A stretch of DNA of 63,944 nt, filler included. It is 10 parts of 10 records of this genome, joined end to end, with 100 filler letters (N's around TTAATTAATTAA, not from the genome) between each part and the next. Parts side by side here need not be neighbours in the genome. Positions count along the whole stretch, not along the records: positions 60,805 to 63,944 come from SRR15195285_1306; 9 more parts are not named here. One strand, given 5' to 3'. The position numbers and the translations under genes were made by a program. Position 1 is the first letter of the stretch. Each line of letters starts with the position of its first letter. This document shows, piece after piece, positions 60,805 through 63,944 of this stretch. Under the pieces are notes generated by a model that had not been told where the DNA came from, made no database searches, and was given only the letters and a program-made list of their open reading frames with translations.

Positions 60805-63725
60805 CCTCCTCCTCCTCCTCCTCCTCCTCTTCCGATTCGTCGACGTCTTCGCCAGCACACAGTCGCTGCATCACACCCTGCGCCTTGCTCAATTTCTCGG
60901 GGTCGACAGCCGGCAGTCCGACGTCAACCGTCGTGCCGACTTGGAGCCGCGCTGCTTTGTAGTTCACCACATCGGGATCTTCTTCTTCGACCGTCCAAAG
61001 CTGGGCGGCGCCGTCGATGCCAACCGCAGGGTCGATGCTATGCCTGGCGCAGATCTCCTTCCATTTGTTCGCGGACTTTGCTTTGTCGCCGACGGCGACT
61101 TGCAAGGCGTTGTACTCCACCCGATTGAGCTTGCCGTCCTTGTCCTTGTCAGCCCATGCGAATATCGCTTGGATGTTGATGAGCTTAGCAATCATTTCTG
61201 TAAGTCGGTATTCGTAACCATCCTTCGTCCATGCGTTCAGCAACTGCAGATACGAGATGCCAACCTTGCGTTTTGCCTTCGCCCTGGAGCACAGGTCGCT
61301 CCATGTGTAATCATCCAGCCCTTCGTCTTCATCGTAGGCTAGCATGAGCTTCTCCATCTGTGCACGTGAGATGAGGGCGTTTCCATCGGCTCCATTATCC
61401 ATCCAGGCGAAGATTGCAGCCACGTCGCGCATCGCTGCGGTGCCGCCGTGCTGCAATACGAGCAGCAGCAGCAGCAATCAGAGCCATTAGATTCAACTGT
61501 TCAAATGCAAGCATATCCAAAGAAGACAGGCGTGAGCACTGCTTGTCAGTCAGGAGACTCACGTAGTTCCAAGGGCGACGGCTAAGCATTTCCGTAAGTA
61601 CAGCCTTGACCTCATCGTAACCGTCAGCGTTCACTGTTGAGAGCAGCAGGAGCATCGCGCGCTTGCCCTTGCCGCTTTTCACTTTCGCGTCAGCTTCTTC
61701 AGCGTAATGATCATCGTCCTTGCCCAGGCCTGTGACGTCAATGTCATCCACAATCTGTGCACCTATCGTACCAGCAGCCTTCGTGGTCTTCTTTTCCTCG
61801 TCCTGTTCAGCCTGTGCAGCGTCCCGCATCAGCTTGCTGAACTCCGCACGATTGCTGACAGGACTGCCGGCGGCGGCAGCCGCAGCTTTGATCGCCTCCA
61901 CCGCTGTCTTCCACTTGTGCATCTCTCGCGCGGCCTTACAGATGGCCCCGTGCTCAACAGGAACATCGCTTGTGGCAGAATTGAGGAGCACGTTGACAGC
62001 TTCGGCAGAGCCCATGCGTGCGGCAAGCATCAGCGTTGCATCCAGGCACTCTGAATGGCCCTGATAGCAACTCCAACAGAGAACGTCGTCTCCGCCTCGA
62101 ACAATCCGTTGGAAGAGCCACCTGCAGGTAACAAAGCACTTCTTTTTCAAAAAAAATCCCTGTGCTCGGCCTGAGCATGTCTTGGTTGATTTTTTTCCGT
62201 CGGAATTTGTTAAGGGAGATGCAGAAGAAGAGTGCCCTACCGAAAGACTTTCATGTGGCCAGCAGCTGCCACAATATCGAGAGGCGTCATGCCGGATACA
62301 TCTTCCTCGTATGGCACACCGATGTTCTCCAGGAACTGAAAGACCGTCACACTATCGACAATACTGGCAGCCATATGCAAGATGTTTGATCCTATGAAGT
62401 GGTCAGGGACATCCTTATTGAACTTATGCATCACACTAATCGCGCCATTTGCGAGAAGCTTCGTGAGTGCATCCAAGTCCTCAGCCATGATTCCCTGCAG
62501 CAGCTGAAGGATCGGAGACACTGCGCCCGCAAGCCGACCCTTCTTCGAAGACGAGGGCGGGACGAACACATAAACGCTCTCGTCACCAGTCCGGCATGTC
62601 CGCTCGAGCTCGGCTCGGCCTTCGGCGGTGTGTTTGTCCGGGTTTGGGACCTTGGTCAGATCTTTGACGCTCACTCTGAGCGGAAGGCAGACGTCCACTA
62701 GGTGGTGTCCGAGAGGAGAGGAGTTGCCATCAGCATCCAGCCACTCCCATCCCTTGCCATCCGGCAGCCTTGACATTTCTCCGCCGGGTCCGTACTTCTC
62801 TTTCCGATGTTGCTGCGACCCGAAATTGTTCGCGCAGACGGCCTCCTTGTCGCGAAAGCTGCTCGGCTCGAGCGGCGTCGTGTAGATACCGTCTCCAAAA
62901 GTTCCGCTGCCTTCGGTCACCAGCATACCGGCCTGGATGTACTCCACAGGCAACCAACCGCCGACCAGCATCTCTTGTTTGTTGTCGTAGATCAACGAGA
63001 CCGTCTTGCGCTGTGTGTAGTGGTACACCATCGTGCTGATCTCCCCCGGCTCGCTGAAATCGATGGGTTCGCATACGTAGATCCCGTTGTACTCGTCTCG
63101 CAGCGGGTAGCGTCCCCAATTCTTCTGGATGCCTCCCTCGTCGTCCCCCTCTCGCTTCTCGAAGGTTTCGACCTCCTCATCGGGTTCTTCTTGAGACTCA
63201 TCTGACGCACCACAGCCACGATTGAGGCGTTCAGAAAGATCCGCAGAGGGAGCAGGCAGCAGGAATCAGCAAGCATCAGGAGCAGGCAGCAAGCAGCAGG
63301 TAGCACGCAGCAGGCAGAGGAATGGTAGATAGGGAGGGAAGGGAGTTACATGTATGCTCTAGGTCGTCCACCAGGTCGTCCTCGGGGCGAGGCGGCCGTT
63401 CCTTCGGAGGTCCGTCTTTGACGTTCCAGCCTTTCTTCTTCCACAGTTTTGGCAACTCCTCTTCTCCGGAAGGATCAGTTTTGACGATGTAATAGCCCAG
63501 CGGTGGCATCACTTGATCGGTACCGAGCTGGCCGAAGAACGACGGGATATCAACAGCAGGGGTATAGTACCCGTACGCGATAGCCTGGCATCGCGCCTTG
63601 AGCTTCTGTAAGCCGGTGCTCCGCTGGTTCGTCATGCGCTGGCGGATGGCCGGAGTCATCGTGTCGTCGTCTCGCTCGGCCGGCGGTACCGCCTCGGCAG
63701 GCTTGGCGCTGCCCTCAGCACTCAT
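60805..63725 (-). CDS. HYD1-type ADP-ribosyltransferase-like domain + ankyrin repeats + EF-hands, multi-exon, 3'-truncated
   Basis: VYHYT, GTFGDGIYTTPLEP, NNFG, VDVCLPL; ankyrin GSNILHMAA and GMTPLDIVAAAGH; EF-hand DKDKDGKLNRVEY. Intron ~62123-62241 joins KVFR to WLFQ in phase. Confidence 0.6.
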
Positions 63726-63944
63726 CGTTGGACAACTTCGCGGCGGATCGGTGCGTGCCGTGGGCGATCGGGAGCGCGTATGCCTGTACTGCACACCGCG
63801 GTGTGTGTCATTTGTACTATAAATTATAGCGCGGCGCCGGTCGGTACACACGCGCGCACGCCGCGCCGTGCCGTGCCGGCGCGCGCGCGCGGCATCACGA
63901 GCGTCTCTCTAGAGAGGTGCAATATCTGTCCAAGTGCCCAGGTT

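Noticed and set aside
63245-63325. GCAGCAG-type short repeat cluster
   Set aside because: Degenerate microsatellite inside a predicted intron, with no spacers or terminal repeats.

Overview
This is eukaryotic nuclear DNA, not a prokaryotic locus. Ten unrelated contigs are joined by artificial 100-nt spacers (44 N + TTAATTAATTAA + 44 N), so no linkage can be inferred across spacers. The genome is compact, with many GT-AG introns of about 60-140 nt, which fragment the ORF track; I rebuilt gene models by hand from splice sites and codon phase. Genes found: a type-B carboxylesterase, a PhyH-family dioxygenase ending in SKL, a pseudouridine synthase spliced to an AlkB-like dioxygenase, a sialate O-acetylesterase-like gene with a ureide-permease-like transporter inserted in frame, a MORC-like GHKL/Tudor/Myb/chromo/SET protein, a PAN-GH79 heparanase-like enzyme, ALG8, an IP3-receptor-like channel, an ankyrin/four-TOG protein, two Cys-rich surface proteins (one a multi-pass receptor kinase), a multi-C2/EF-hand/IQ protein, a secreted LamG/NIDO-like protein, a monoacylglycerol-lipase-like hydrolase, and an ADP-ribosyltransferase-like/ankyrin/EF-hand protein. 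The most striking candidates are three spliced fusions: esterase with embedded permease, MORC-SET, and PUS-AlkB. Gene content suggests a free-living flagellated protist (inference only). All family calls come from motif recognition by eye; no database search was run. I found no rRNA, tRNA, CRISPR array or clear transposase.
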